DNA from: Protaetiibacter sp.
GTDB lineage: Bacteria > Actinomycetota > Actinomycetes > Actinomycetales > Microbacteriaceae
DNA length: 64,000 nt
Assembly: GCA_030150265.1 (NCBI GenBank)
Contig: JASLGG010000051.1
Coordinates: 51,798-115,797 of the forward strand
Reading direction: 5' to 3'
Made by a program: the position numbers and the translations under genes. Positions 1-9,154 of the stretch are shown here, one piece after another (within the stretch, counting starts at the first letter, position 1; the number at the start of each line of letters is the position of its first letter). The notes under the pieces were generated by a model. It had not been told where the DNA came from. It worked only from the letters and a program-made list of their open reading frames with translations, and did no database searches.

Positions 1-575
1 AGATCTTCAACCAGTTCGGCGGCCCCATCACCGGCATCCTCGACGCGCTCGGCCTGCCGCCCATCAAGTGGGGCTACGACGTCTTCCCCTCGCACATCGC
101 GATCGCCACGATGGTCGACTGGCGCTGGACCGGCTACAACGCCCTCATCCTGCTCGCCGCGATGCAGGCCATCCCGCGCGACATGTACGAGTCGGCCGCG
201 CTGGACGGCGCCGGCCGCGTCCGCCGGTTCTGGTCGATCACCATCCCGATGATCCGCCCCACGATGATCTTCGTCATCGTCACGGCGACCATCGGCGGAC
301 TCCAGATCTTCACCGAGCCCAAGCTCTTCGACGGCCAGTCGAACGGCGGATCGAACCGCCAGTTCCAGACGATCGTGCTCTACCTCTACGAGATGGCGTT
401 CCCCCGGCGCGACTTCGGGCGCGCGGCGGCGACGGCCTGGATCCTCTTCCTCATCATCATCCTGATCGGCCTGCTCAACTACGCGATCTCGCGGACCATC
501 GCCTCGCAGGACATCAAGCGCAACGTGCGCGTGCCGGGCAGGCGACGCGTCGTCACGAACGGGAGCAGCAAGTGA
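1..575 (+). CDS. ABC sugar-transporter permease (MalF/CebF type), C-terminal fragment; 5' end lies outside the window
   Basis: Open from the window edge in the frame of track ORF 111..575. EAA-loop-like motif 'YESAALDGAGRVRRFWSITIPMIRP' and C-terminal TM helices. Its stop overlaps the next start (GTGA at 572-575). Confidence 0.85.
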   Translation, partial: IFNQFGGPITGILDALGLPPIKWGYDVFPSHIAIATMVDWRWTGYNALILLAAMQAIPRDMYESAALDGAGRVRRFWSITIPMIRPTMIFVIVTATIGGLQIFTEPKLFDGQSNGGSNRQFQTIVLYLYEMAFPRRDFGRAAATAWILFLIIILIGLLNYAISRTIASQDIKRNVRVPGRRRVVTNGSSK

Positions 576-1489
576 GCACCACGATCGAACGTCCGGCCAC
601 CGGCCAGGGCGGACTCCACCTGCCGAGGCAGGAGGAGCGCGTCGTCCGCAAGCGCAAGGCCCGGTTCTACGACCGGCCCGGATGGCTCACCTACGGGCTG
701 CTGTCGGCGTTCTTCCTCGGCGCGGTGTTCCCGCTCTGGTGGTCGTTCGTCATGGGCTCGCGCCAGGCCTCCGACATCAACGCGGTGCCGCCCGTCGTCA
801 TCCCGGGACCGAACTTCCTGAGCAACGTCGTCAAGGCCTTCCAGACCGTCGACTTCGCCAAGGCGCTCGTCAACAGCGTCATCATCTCGCTCGTCATCGC
901 GGTGTCGGTCGTCTTCTTCTCGACGCTCGCCGGCTACGCCTTCGCCAAGCTCAACTTCCGCGGGCGCAACGGCCTCATGGTCGCGGTGATCGCCACCATG
1001 GCGATCCCGACCCAGCTCGGCATCATCCCGCTGTTCATGCTCGTCGCCGAGTTCAAGCTCACCAACACGCTCGGCGCCGTCATCATCCCGGGACTCGTGA
1101 GCGCCTTCGGGGTGTTCTTCATGCGGCAGTACCTGGTCGACGTGATCCCCGACGAGCTCATCGAGGCGGCGCGCGTCGACGGAGCCTCGATGTGGGGCAC
1201 CTTCTGGAACGTCGCGATCCCCTCGGCGCGGCCCGCGATGGCGGTGCTCGGCCTCTTCATGTTCATGGCCGCCTGGACCGACTTCCTCTGGCCGCTGCTC
1301 GTGCTCGGCCCGAAGAACCCGACGGTGCAGACCGCGCTCGCCGCGCTCGCGGCATCCGGCGGCCACGCGCCCGACTACTCGATGGTGCTCGCCGGCACGA
1401 TCGTGTCGATCATCCCGCTGCTGATCCTGTTCCTGTTCGCGGGCAAGCAGCTCATCGCGGGCATCATGTCCGGGGCGGTGAAGGGCTGA
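572..1489 (+). CDS. ABC sugar-transporter permease (MalG/CebG type)
   Basis: GTG at 572 in the frame of track ORF 68..1489; the 68-571 part is an Arg/Pro-rich wrong-frame read of the previous gene. Six hydrophobic segments and EAA motif 'LIEAARVDGASMWGTFWNVAIPSARPA'. Its stop overlaps the next ATG by 1 nt. Confidence 0.9.
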   Translation: MSTTIERPATGQGGLHLPRQEERVVRKRKARFYDRPGWLTYGLLSAFFLGAVFPLWWSFVMGSRQASDINAVPPVVIPGPNFLSNVVKAFQTVDFAKALVNSVIISLVIAVSVVFFSTLAGYAFAKLNFRGRNGLMVAVIATMAIPTQLGIIPLFMLVAEFKLTNTLGAVIIPGLVSAFGVFFMRQYLVDVIPDELIEAARVDGASMWGTFWNVAIPSARPAMAVLGLFMFMAAWTDFLWPLLVLGPKNPTVQTALAALAASGGHAPDYSMVLAGTIVSIIPLLILFLFAGKQLIAGIMSGAVKG

Positions 1490-2910
1490 TGGCGCTGTCT
1501 CTCCCCGACGGCTTCGACTGGCCGGCCGGGTTCCTCTGGGGTGCCGCCACGGCGGCCGCCCAGATCGAGGGAGCCGGTCACGAGGACGGCAAGCTCGACT
1601 CGATCTGGGACCACTTCGCCCGCACCCCCGGCAACGTGGCGCGCGGCGACACCCCCGAGGTCGCGGTCGACCACTACCACCGGATGCCGGACGACGTGCA
1701 GCTCATGCGGAGCCTGGGCCTCGACTCCTACCGCTTCTCGGTGAGCTGGGCGCGCGTCAAGCCCGCCGACGGCCCCGTCAACCCGAAGGGCCTCGACTTC
1801 TACAGCCGGCTCGTCGACGAGCTGCTCGAGAACGGCATCCTCCCCTGGCTCACGCTCTACCACTGGGACCTCCCCCAGGCGGTCGAGGAGACCGGCGGAT
1901 GGGCGAATCGCGACACCGCGCAGCGCTTCCTCGACTACGCGATCGCGGTGCACGAGGCGCTCGGCGACCGCGTGACGCACTGGACCACCTTCAACGAGCC
2001 GCTGTGCTCCTCCCTCATCGGCTACGCCGGAGGCGAGCACGCCCCCGGGCGCCAGGAGCCGCACGCCGGCCTCGCGGCCCTGCACCACCAGCACCTCGCG
2101 CACGGACTCGCCGTGCGGGAGCTGCGGGAGCGCGGTGCGCAACAGCTGGGCATCACGCTCAACCTGACCAACGCGATCCCGAACGACCCGGCCGACCCCG
2201 TCGACCTCGACGCCGCCCGCCGGCTCGACGCGCTGTGGAACCGTGCCTACCTGGAGCCGATCCTGCTCGGTGCCTACCCGGCCGACTTCCTCGAGGACGT
2301 CGCCGCCCACGGCTTCGACCGCATCGTGCACGACGGCGACCTGGCGACGATCCACCAGAGGATCGACTTCCTCGGCGTGAACCACTACCACGACGACAAC
2401 GTGTCGGGGCATCCGCTGCCCGCCGGGCACCCGCGGGGGCTCGCACCGACCGACAAGCGCACCTCCTCGTGGTTCGTGGGGTCGGAGTTCCTCACGAGCC
2501 CCACCCGGCACCTGCCGCAGACCGCCATGGGCTGGGAGATCAACCCCGACGGCCTGCGCGAGCTGCTCGTGCGCCTCGGCCGCGAGTACCCCGAGCTGCC
2601 GCCGCTCTACGTGACCGAGAACGGCTCGGCGTGGGACGACGTGGTCGCCCCCGACGGCGGCGTGCACGACGCGCAGCGCGTCGACTTCCTCGAGCGCCAC
2701 CTCGAGGCCGTCGCGCGGGCGGTCGAGGCGGGGGCGGATGTGCGCGGCTACTTCGCGTGGTCGCTCATGGACAACTTCGAGTGGGCCTGGGGCTACGAGA
2801 AGCGCTTCGGGATCGTCTACGTCGACTACACGACGCAGGAGCGCATCGTGAAGGACTCGGGGCGGGCGTTCGCCGCGATCGCCTCCTCGGCGCGAAGCCT
2901 CGCGCCGTAG
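1489..2910 (+). CDS. GH1 beta-glucosidase
   Basis: ATG at 1489 in the frame of track ORF 682..2910. N-terminal 'FLWGAATAAAQIEGA', acid/base motif 'TTFNEP' and nucleophile motif 'YVTENG'. Follows two sugar permeases, as in cellobiose (ceb/bgl) operons. Confidence 0.95.
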   Translation: MALSLPDGFDWPAGFLWGAATAAAQIEGAGHEDGKLDSIWDHFARTPGNVARGDTPEVAVDHYHRMPDDVQLMRSLGLDSYRFSVSWARVKPADGPVNPKGLDFYSRLVDELLENGILPWLTLYHWDLPQAVEETGGWANRDTAQRFLDYAIAVHEALGDRVTHWTTFNEPLCSSLIGYAGGEHAPGRQEPHAGLAALHHQHLAHGLAVRELRERGAQQLGITLNLTNAIPNDPADPVDLDAARRLDALWNRAYLEPILLGAYPADFLEDVAAHGFDRIVHDGDLATIHQRIDFLGVNHYHDDNVSGHPLPAGHPRGLAPTDKRTSSWFVGSEFLTSPTRHLPQTAMGWEINPDGLRELLVRLGREYPELPPLYVTENGSAWDDVVAPDGGVHDAQRVDFLERHLEAVARAVEAGADVRGYFAWSLMDNFEWAWGYEKRFGIVYVDYTTQERIVKDSGRAFAAIASSARSLAP

Positions 2911-2946
2911 GATGTACGGGCCGACACCGGCCAGGAGGACCTCCCC

Positions 2947-3963
2947 ATGACCCCGGAACCGCACGGAACCGTGCCGACGCTCGAGATGGTCGCGAAGGCG
3001 GCCGGCGTCTCGCGGTCCACCGTGTCCCGCGTCATCAACGACTCCCCCAAGGTCACGCCCGAGGCCCTCGCCGCCGTGCAGAAGGCGATCGAGGAGCTCG
3101 GCTACGTGCCCAACCGGGCCGCCCGCATCCTCGCCAGCCGGCGCACGCTCTCGGTCGCCCTCGTCATCCCCGAGAACACCGCCCGGTTCTTCGCCGACCC
3201 GTACTTCGCGACGGTCGTGCAGGGCATCGCGATGTTCCTCTCCGACACCGACTACACGCTGAGCCTGCTCATCGCCTCGGAGAAGGACGGCGAGAAGACC
3301 CGACGCTACCTGCAGGCGGGCAACGTCGACGGCGCGCTCATCCTCTCCCACCACTCCGACGACCGCTCGTACACGCAGCTCGCCAAGTCGATCCCCGTGG
3401 TGTTCGGCGGCCGGCCGATGAGCCAGGAGGGCTCGGACGCCTACTACGTCGACGTCGACAACGTCGCCGCGGCCCGCTCGGTGACCCGTCGGCTCGTCGA
3501 GCGCGGGCGGCGGCGGATCGCGACGGTCGCGGGACCGACCGACATGTCGGCCGGTCTCGATCGCCTCGCGGGCTGGCGCGAGGAGCTCGCCGCGGCGGGA
3601 GTCCGCGACGATCTCGTGGAGCACGGCGACTTCAGCCCCGCGGGCGGCGAGACGGCCATGCGCCGGCTGCTCGCGCGCGACCCCGAGATCGACGGGGTGT
3701 TCGCGGCGAGCTCGCTCATGGCATCCGGCGCCCTCAACGTGCTGCGCGCCCACGGCCGCTCGGTGCCCGACGACATCGGCCTCGTCACCTTCGACAACGA
3801 CTACGCGGCGCAGTCGTCGATCCCCCCGCTCACGACGGTCGAGCAGCCGACCGTCGAGCAGGGTCGCCGGATGGTGGACGTGCTGCTGCGGCTCATCGAC
3901 GGTCAGACGGTGTCGCAGGTCACCATGATGCCGACGCGCGTGATCGAGCGCGGATCCGAGTGA
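2947..3963 (+). CDS. LacI-family transcriptional regulator (CelR/CebR-like by context)
   Basis: Track ORF of 338 aa. N-terminal HTH 'LEMVAKAAGVSRSTVSRVINDSPKV' plus a periplasmic-binding-protein-like effector domain. Sits next to the beta-glucosidase and cellobiose-type permeases. Confidence 0.9.
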   Translation: MTPEPHGTVPTLEMVAKAAGVSRSTVSRVINDSPKVTPEALAAVQKAIEELGYVPNRAARILASRRTLSVALVIPENTARFFADPYFATVVQGIAMFLSDTDYTLSLLIASEKDGEKTRRYLQAGNVDGALILSHHSDDRSYTQLAKSIPVVFGGRPMSQEGSDAYYVDVDNVAAARSVTRRLVERGRRRIATVAGPTDMSAGLDRLAGWREELAAAGVRDDLVEHGDFSPAGGETAMRRLLARDPEIDGVFAASSLMASGALNVLRAHGRSVPDDIGLVTFDNDYAAQSSIPPLTTVEQPTVEQGRRMVDVLLRLIDGQTVSQVTMMPTRVIERGSE

Positions 3964-3980
3964 CCGCGTAGCGTCGAGGC

Positions 3981-4262
3981 ATGGATCAGGTCGTCGACGT
4001 CCCGGAACGCAGCCGCTTCGTGCTCGAGCGCGACGGCGAGGTGATCGGCAAGGCGCTGTACCGGCGCGAGCCCGGCGTGATCACCTTCTTCCACACCGAG
4101 GTCGACCCCACCATCCAGGAGCGCGGGCTCGGCTCGATGCTCGCGAAGACGGCCCTGGATGCGGTGTCCGCCGAGGAGGGCACCCGCGTCGTGGCGCAGT
4201 GCCCGTTCATCGCCGCCTACATCGAGCGGCATCCGGAGTACCAGCCGCTGCTCACGCGGTGA
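3981..4262 (+). CDS. Small GNAT-like N-acetyltransferase (YjdJ / Acetyltransf_CG type)
   Basis: Track ORF of 93 aa. 'FFHTEVDPTIQERGLGSMLAKTALD...CPFIAAYIERHPEY' is typical of the short GCN5-related family. Confidence 0.75.
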   Translation: MDQVVDVPERSRFVLERDGEVIGKALYRREPGVITFFHTEVDPTIQERGLGSMLAKTALDAVSAEEGTRVVAQCPFIAAYIERHPEYQPLLTR

Positions 4263-5193
4263 CGCGTCGCGCGAGCAGGACGCGCAGGCCGAGACCCGCC
4301 GCCGCCACGAGCAGCGCCGCGACGAGCGGCCACACGGCGAGCTCGGGCATCGTGGCCGCCATCCGGAGCACCCCCCAGCCGTAGTCGAGCAGCTCACGCG
4401 GGTCGCGCAGCAGGGCGCGTGAGCCGACGGCCGCCTGCACGGCCGTCGCGATGAGGGGCACGATCCACAGCAGAAGCAGGCTCACGGCGGCGGCGACGAT
4501 CCGGCCACGCGTGCGCACGCCGCCCCAGGCGATCGCCACTCCGACGAGCACCGGCGGAGTCCAGGTGACGAGGGGCGCGAGGGCGTACAGCAGCGGCGAC
4601 GACGTGCCGAGCGAGACGAGCGCTCCCGAGATCCACCAGCCGACCGCGATCGCCGCGAGCGTCAGCGCGACGACCGCGAGGGGCCGTGCGCCCCGCGCGA
4701 CGAACCCGAAGACGAGCAGTCCGCCCAGGATGCCCAGCACCGCGACCGCGACGCACGCGGCCAGGTAGAAGCTCGCCTCGTCGCCCTCACGGAGGCCCGA
4801 GCCGATGACGCCCACCGCCTGCGCCGTCGCCACGATCTGCACGAAGAGCAGCCCCGCCGCGATCGACACCGGCGCGGCGCGGGGCAGGCGGTCCCGGAGG
4901 GCGCGCGCCGCGATCCCCGCGAGGGCGGCGCCCACCACGAGGAGGCCGAGCACGTAGGTGGTCGAGTACTGGCTGAGCGGCAGCCAGGCCACCGGCATCC
5001 CCTCCGGCGGCGTCGGCAGCGCCCACAGGCTCTGCGCGGGCAGCCGCATCCCGGTGGCGATCCAGGGAAGCAGCCCCAGGAGGGCGCCGCCCGCCCCGAA
5101 GCCGACGCTCGCGAGGGCGGCACCCCAGCGCGGTCGGCGCAAGGCGGCGGGTCCGGAGGGGCTGGGAGGCAGAGGAGCGACGGCGGGGCTCAC
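4252..5193 (-). CDS. Polytopic integral membrane protein, unknown function
   Basis: Track ORF of 313 aa with about 8 hydrophobic helices. The other frames over this span are Arg/Pro-rich artefacts. Confidence 0.7.
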   Translation of the reverse strand: MSPAVAPLPPSPSGPAALRRPRWGAALASVGFGAGGALLGLLPWIATGMRLPAQSLWALPTPPEGMPVAWLPLSQYSTTYVLGLLVVGAALAGIAARALRDRLPRAAPVSIAAGLLFVQIVATAQAVGVIGSGLREGDEASFYLAACVAVAVLGILGGLLVFGFVARGARPLAVVALTLAAIAVGWWISGALVSLGTSSPLLYALAPLVTWTPPVLVGVAIAWGGVRTRGRIVAAAVSLLLLWIVPLIATAVQAAVGSRALLRDPRELLDYGWGVLRMAATMPELAVWPLVAALLVAAAGLGLRVLLARRVTA

Positions 5194-5207
5194 CCGTCCA
5201 CGCTACG

Positions 5208-5489
5208 TCAGCGCCGCTCCGAGACGTCGATCCGCACCCGGCCGCCGTCGAGGTCGAGCGGCCCGTCGCCCGGGACCGGCGCGGGTGCCGGCAGCTCGGC
5301 CTCGGAGGCGAGCGCCTGCTGCGCCTCGTGCTTGGTCGGGTGGAACACCTCGTCGGCGAAGCCGAACGCGCCGTTGCCGGAGCCGCGACCCTGACTCGTG
5401 CCGCGCAGCTCGATCCAGCCCCGCCACTGGGCGAGCGCGATCGCGCCCACGAACACGGCCCCCAGCACGACCCAGCCCCACCACGGCAT
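5208..5489 (-). CDS. Small membrane-anchored protein (DUF6191-like)
   Basis: Track ORF of 93 aa with one N-terminal TM helix 'WWGWVVLGAVFVGAIALAQW' and a charged tail containing 'DEVFHPTKHEAQ'. Confidence 0.6.
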   Translation of the reverse strand: MPWWGWVVLGAVFVGAIALAQWRGWIELRGTSQGRGSGNGAFGFADEVFHPTKHEAQQALASEAELPAPAPVPGDGPLDLDGGRVRIDVSERR

Positions 5490-5512
5490 CTCCCCAGGCT
5501 AGCCGGACGACC

Positions 5513-6181
5513 TCAGTAGCGGGCGGAGAAGGCTCCGTCGGCGTGGAGCAGCTGACCGCTCACCCAGCGGCCCTCGCCGGAGAGGAGGAAGGCGACGAGC
5601 CCCGCGACGTCGGCCGGCATCCCGAGCCTGCCGCCCGGCTGCGCGGTGGTGAGCTCGGCGCGCACCGCGTCGGTCATCCATCCGGTGTCGATCGGGCCGG
5701 GGTTGAGCACGTTGGCCGAGATGCCGCGCGGCGCGAGCTCGCGAGCCGCCGAGATGATGATCCGGTCGAGCGCGCCCTTCGAGGCGCCGTAAGGGAGGTT
5801 CCCGGTCGTGTGGTCGCTCGTGAGCGCCACGATCGCGCCGCCCGTCGCGGGCGCCTGCCGCGCGAAGGCCGCCGTGAGCAGGAGGCTCGCCCGCGCGTTG
5901 ACCGCGACGTGCAGGTCGAAGCTCTCGGCGGTGGTGTCGAGGATGCCGGACTCGACGTCGTGCGCGTGGCTCAGCACGAGTGCCTCGATGGGCCCGAGCG
6001 CCGCCGCGACCTCGTCGACGAGCCGCGCGGGGCCCTCCGGGTCGGAGAGGTCGCAGGCGAAGTCCGCGCCGTGCAGATCGGAGGTCGCGACGGTCCAGCC
6101 GTCGGCGCGGAGCCGGGGGACGATGCCGGCGGCGGCGATGCTGTCGGCGCGCGCGGCACCGGTGACGAGGGCGACGGGCAT
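5513..6181 (-). CDS. SDR-family oxidoreductase
   Basis: Track ORF of 222 aa. N-terminal 'ALVTGAAR' nucleotide-binding turn, catalytic 'YGASK' (YxxxK) and 'NVLNPGPIDT'. Confidence 0.85.
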   Translation of the reverse strand: MPVALVTGAARADSIAAAGIVPRLRADGWTVATSDLHGADFACDLSDPEGPARLVDEVAAALGPIEALVLSHAHDVESGILDTTAESFDLHVAVNARASLLLTAAFARQAPATGGAIVALTSDHTTGNLPYGASKGALDRIIISAARELAPRGISANVLNPGPIDTGWMTDAVRAELTTAQPGGRLGMPADVAGLVAFLLSGEGRWVSGQLLHADGAFSARY

Positions 6182-6218
6182 GGCGACGACGCTACCGTGC
6201 CGAGCGCGGCACGCGGCG

Positions 6219-6974
6219 CTACCGCCGCGGGATCACGAGCGGGCGGCCGTCGCGCACCAGCACCTCGACGGCGAGCCCGTACACCTCCGAGACGAGCTCC
6301 TCCGTGAGCACCTCGGCGGGGGCGCCGAGGGCGCGCATCCGTCCGTTCTCGAGCAGGGCGACGCGGTCGGCGTAGGCGCCCGCGAGCGAGAGGTCGTGCA
6401 GCACCACGACGACCGTGCGGCCCTCGGCGGCGAGCTGCCGCGCGATCCGCAGAACGTCCTCCTGGTGACGCAGGTCGAGCGCCGCGGTCGGCTCGTCGAG
6501 TAGCACGATCGGGGTGTCCTGGGCGAGCACGCGGGCGAGCGAGACGCGGGCCCGCTCTCCGCCGGAGAGCTGCGTGAACCGCCGCCCCAGCAGGTGCGTG
6601 ACATCGGCGCGCTCGAGGGCCTGCGAGATCGCCTCGGCGTCCTGCTCACGCTGCCCCGTGCGCAGCCAAGGGCTGCGACCCATCTGCACGACCTGGCCCA
6701 CCAGGAACGGGAAGCTCACCGCGTTGTCCTGGGTGAGAACGGCGCGCAGGCGCGCGAGCTCGAGCGGCTCGATGTCGCGGATGGGGCGGCCGTCGAGCGT
6801 CACACGTCCGGTCTCCGGATGCCGCTCCCCCGAGAGCGCGGACAGCAGCGTCGACTTGCCCGCCCCGTTCGGCCCGACGAGAGCGAGCAGCTCGCCCTCC
6901 GGTACCGCGAGCTCGACGTCGTGCACGACGCGGCGGCCGGAGAGCTCGACCGAGACGCCCTCCGCGCGGATCAC
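6219..6974 (-). CDS. hmuV: Heme/iron-chelate ABC transporter ATP-binding protein (HmuV-like)
   Basis: GTG at 6974 in the frame of track ORF 6219..7859 (756 nt). Walker A 'GPNGAGKST', signature 'LSGGERARV', Walker B 'VLLDEPTAALD' and HmuV-like 'VSFPFLVGQVVQMGRSPW'. GTGA overlap with the upstream permease stop. Confidence 0.85.
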   Translation of the reverse strand: MIRAEGVSVELSGRRVVHDVELAVPEGELLALVGPNGAGKSTLLSALSGERHPETGRVTLDGRPIRDIEPLELARLRAVLTQDNAVSFPFLVGQVVQMGRSPWLRTGQREQDAEAISQALERADVTHLLGRRFTQLSGGERARVSLARVLAQDTPIVLLDEPTAALDLRHQEDVLRIARQLAAEGRTVVVVLHDLSLAGAYADRVALLENGRMRALGAPAEVLTEELVSEVYGLAVEVLVRDGRPLVIPRR

Positions 6975-8023
6975 GCCCAGCCCCCGGACGCCCGCCTCTG
7001 CCGCCAGAGCAGCACGAAGAAGAAGGGGCCGCCGATGAGCGAGGTGAGCAGTCCGATCGGCAGCTCCGCGCCCACGACGAGCGTGCGCGAGAGCAGGTCG
7101 GCCACCACGATGAGCAGCGCGCCGCCGAAGGCGCTCGCCACGAGCAGCGCGCGGTGCGCGGGCCCGAGGATCATGCGCATGAGGTGCGGCACGACGAGGC
7201 CGACGAACGAGATGATGCCGACGAACGCGACCGCCGCGCCCGTCAGCAGCGCGACGAGCACGATCGACCACAGGCGCAGCCGCTCGACGTCGATGCCCAG
7301 GTGGCGGGCATTGCGCTCGCCGAGCGCCAGGATGTCGTATCGCCGCCCGAAGGCGATCGCGACGAGGGTGCCGACCGCGGCGACGCCGAGCACGAGGAGC
7401 GACTCGCGCCAGAGCGATCCGCTGAGCGACCCCAGCTGCCAGAACACGATCTGCTCCCGGCTCGCGCTGCCCGCGAGGAAGAGCAGGAAGGCGAGGCCGG
7501 CGCCGCCGAAGGCGTTCACGGCGATGCCGGTCAGCAGCAAGGTCACGACCTCGGTGCGGCCGTTCGCGCGTGAGACGCCGTAGACGAGGAGCGTCGCGGC
7601 GAGACCCCCCGCGAAGGCGAGCAGCGCGATCGTCCACTCGCCGAAGGCGATCACGCCCGTGACGATCGCGAGCGCCGCGCCCACCGCGGCGCCCGAGGAG
7701 ACCCCCACGACGCCCGGCTCGGCGAGCGGGTTGCCGAAGATCGCCTGCATGACGGCACCGGCCACCGCGAGCGCCGCGCCCACCGCCATCGCCATCACGA
7801 TCCGCGGGAAGCGGATCACCCAGAGCGCCGCCTCGGTCGTGGGGTCCTCGGGTGCCCATCCGTTCGGGATGCCGACCGCGCGCAGCAGCGAGCCGATGAC
7901 CTCCGGGATGCTGACCCCGAACTGGCCCACGACGGCGGACACGAGAACGGCCGCCACGAGCAGGGCGGCGAGGACGATCCCGACGATCGTGCGGCGCCGG
8001 GCGAGATGGGCGGCGCGGTTCAC
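6971..8023 (-). CDS. hmuU: FecCD-family heme/iron-chelate ABC permease (HmuU-like)
   Basis: GTG at 8023 in the frame of track ORF 6971..9100 (1053 nt). Polytopic, with the conserved C-terminus 'LPIGLLTSLIGGPFFFVLL'. GTGA overlap with the upstream lplA-like stop. Confidence 0.85.
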   Translation of the reverse strand: MNRAAHLARRRTIVGIVLAALLVAAVLVSAVVGQFGVSIPEVIGSLLRAVGIPNGWAPEDPTTEAALWVIRFPRIVMAMAVGAALAVAGAVMQAIFGNPLAEPGVVGVSSGAAVGAALAIVTGVIAFGEWTIALLAFAGGLAATLLVYGVSRANGRTEVVTLLLTGIAVNAFGGAGLAFLLFLAGSASREQIVFWQLGSLSGSLWRESLLVLGVAAVGTLVAIAFGRRYDILALGERNARHLGIDVERLRLWSIVLVALLTGAAVAFVGIISFVGLVVPHLMRMILGPAHRALLVASAFGGALLIVVADLLSRTLVVGAELPIGLLTSLIGGPFFFVLLWRQRRASGGWA

Positions 8024-9069
8024 GGGACCCGGTACAGCCACTCGTCGGTCGCGAACTTCTCGCTCACGAGCTGTTCGGCGCGCGCGTACTCCTCGGGTGT
8101 GATCTCCCCCTCGTGCAGGCCGTGCAGCGAGCGGAAGGTCTCGACCATCCGCTCGATGATCGCCTCGCGCGGCAGGCCCGTCTGGCTGCGCAGCGGGTCG
8201 ACGCGCTTCTGCGCGGACGTGGTGCCCTTGTCGCTCAGCTTCTCGCGTCCGATGCGCAGCACCTGCACCATCTTCTCCGCGTCGATGTCGTACGACATCG
8301 TCACGTGGTGCAGCACGGCCCCGTCGGCGAGGCGCTTCTGGGCGGCACCGCCGATCTTGCCCGCGGGGCTCGCGATGTCGTTGAGCGGCTGGTAGCTCGC
8401 CTCGATGCCGAGCGAGCGCAGCGCGACGAGCACCCAGTCGTCGAGGTAGGCGTAGCTGTCGGCGAAGCTCATCCCCTGCACGAGGTCGACCGGCGCGTAG
8501 AGCGAGTAGGTGATGATCGAGCCGGCCTCCATGAACATGGCGCCGCCGCCCGAGATGCGACGCACCACCGGGATGCCGAACCGCGCCGCCGCCTCCGGGT
8601 CCACCTCGTTCCTCACCGACTGGAAGCTGCCGATGACGACGGCCGGCTCGTCCCACTCCCAGATGCGCAGCGTGGGTCGACGACGGCCGGCGCCGACCTC
8701 CTCGGCGAGCACCTGGTCGAGGGCGAGGTGGGTCGCGGGGCTGAGCGGACCGGGGTGCACGAGCTCCCAGTCGTAGTCGCGCCACGTCGTGGCCCGATGC
8801 AGCGCCCGGCGTACGGCGGTCGCGACGGACTCCGGCGAGAAGCCGAGCAGCACGGCGCCCTCGGGAAGCGCGGCCTGCACGGCGGCGGCGATCGCCTTCG
8901 CGTCGGCATCGGCGGGGAGGCCGGTCAGCGCGGCATCGATGAGCGGAAGCGCGTCGTCGGGCTCGAGGAAGAAGTCGCCCGAGAGCCGCACCTCGGCGAG
9001 GCGCCCGTCGACGACGTCGAGATCGACCACGACGAGCTTGCCGCCCGGCACCTTGAACTCGCCATGCAC
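8020..9069 (-). CDS. lplA: Lipoate-protein ligase family protein, circularly permuted (accessory domain first)
   Basis: Track ORF of 349 aa with a GTG start. The N-terminus 'HGEFKVPGGKLVVVDLDV...SGDFFLEP' resembles the LplA C-terminal accessory domain. It is followed by a BPL/LPL catalytic core ('RRISGGGAMFME', 'GKIGGAAQKR'). Confidence 0.8.
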   Translation of the reverse strand: MHGEFKVPGGKLVVVDLDVVDGRLAEVRLSGDFFLEPDDALPLIDAALTGLPADADAKAIAAAVQAALPEGAVLLGFSPESVATAVRRALHRATTWRDYDWELVHPGPLSPATHLALDQVLAEEVGAGRRRPTLRIWEWDEPAVVIGSFQSVRNEVDPEAAARFGIPVVRRISGGGAMFMEAGSIITYSLYAPVDLVQGMSFADSYAYLDDWVLVALRSLGIEASYQPLNDIASPAGKIGGAAQKRLADGAVLHHVTMSYDIDAEKMVQVLRIGREKLSDKGTTSAQKRVDPLRSQTGLPREAIIERMVETFRSLHGLHEGEITPEEYARAEQLVSEKFATDEWLYRVP

Positions 9070-9092
9070 CCCTCCACACTAGTCGCGCGGAG

Positions 9093-9111
9093 TTAGGCAT
9101 GCCTTACCGAG
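9093..9111 (-). promoter_or_regulatory. Candidate DtxR/IdeR-type iron box upstream of lplA-hmuU-hmuV
   Basis: The minus strand reads CTCGGTAAGGCATGCCTAA, 13/19 matches to TTAGGTTAGGCTAACCTAA, with a perfect 10-bp palindromic core AGGCATGCCT. Lies 24-42 nt upstream of the GTG at 9069. Shares GGTAAGGC-N3-CCTAA with the box at 14441. Confidence 0.45.
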
Positions 9112-9154
9112 TGACCGGCTGCGGCCCGCGGCGCTCACCGCGGGCCGCATCCGC

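Noticed and set aside
1375-3753. 792-aa minus-strand ORF spanning the GH1 beta-glucosidase and LacI genes
   Set aside because: It is antisense to two genes with unmistakable family motifs. The translation is Arg/Gly/Ala/Pro/Val/Asp-rich low-complexity sequence with no recognisable domain, which is typical of wrong-strand ORFs in about 70% GC DNA.
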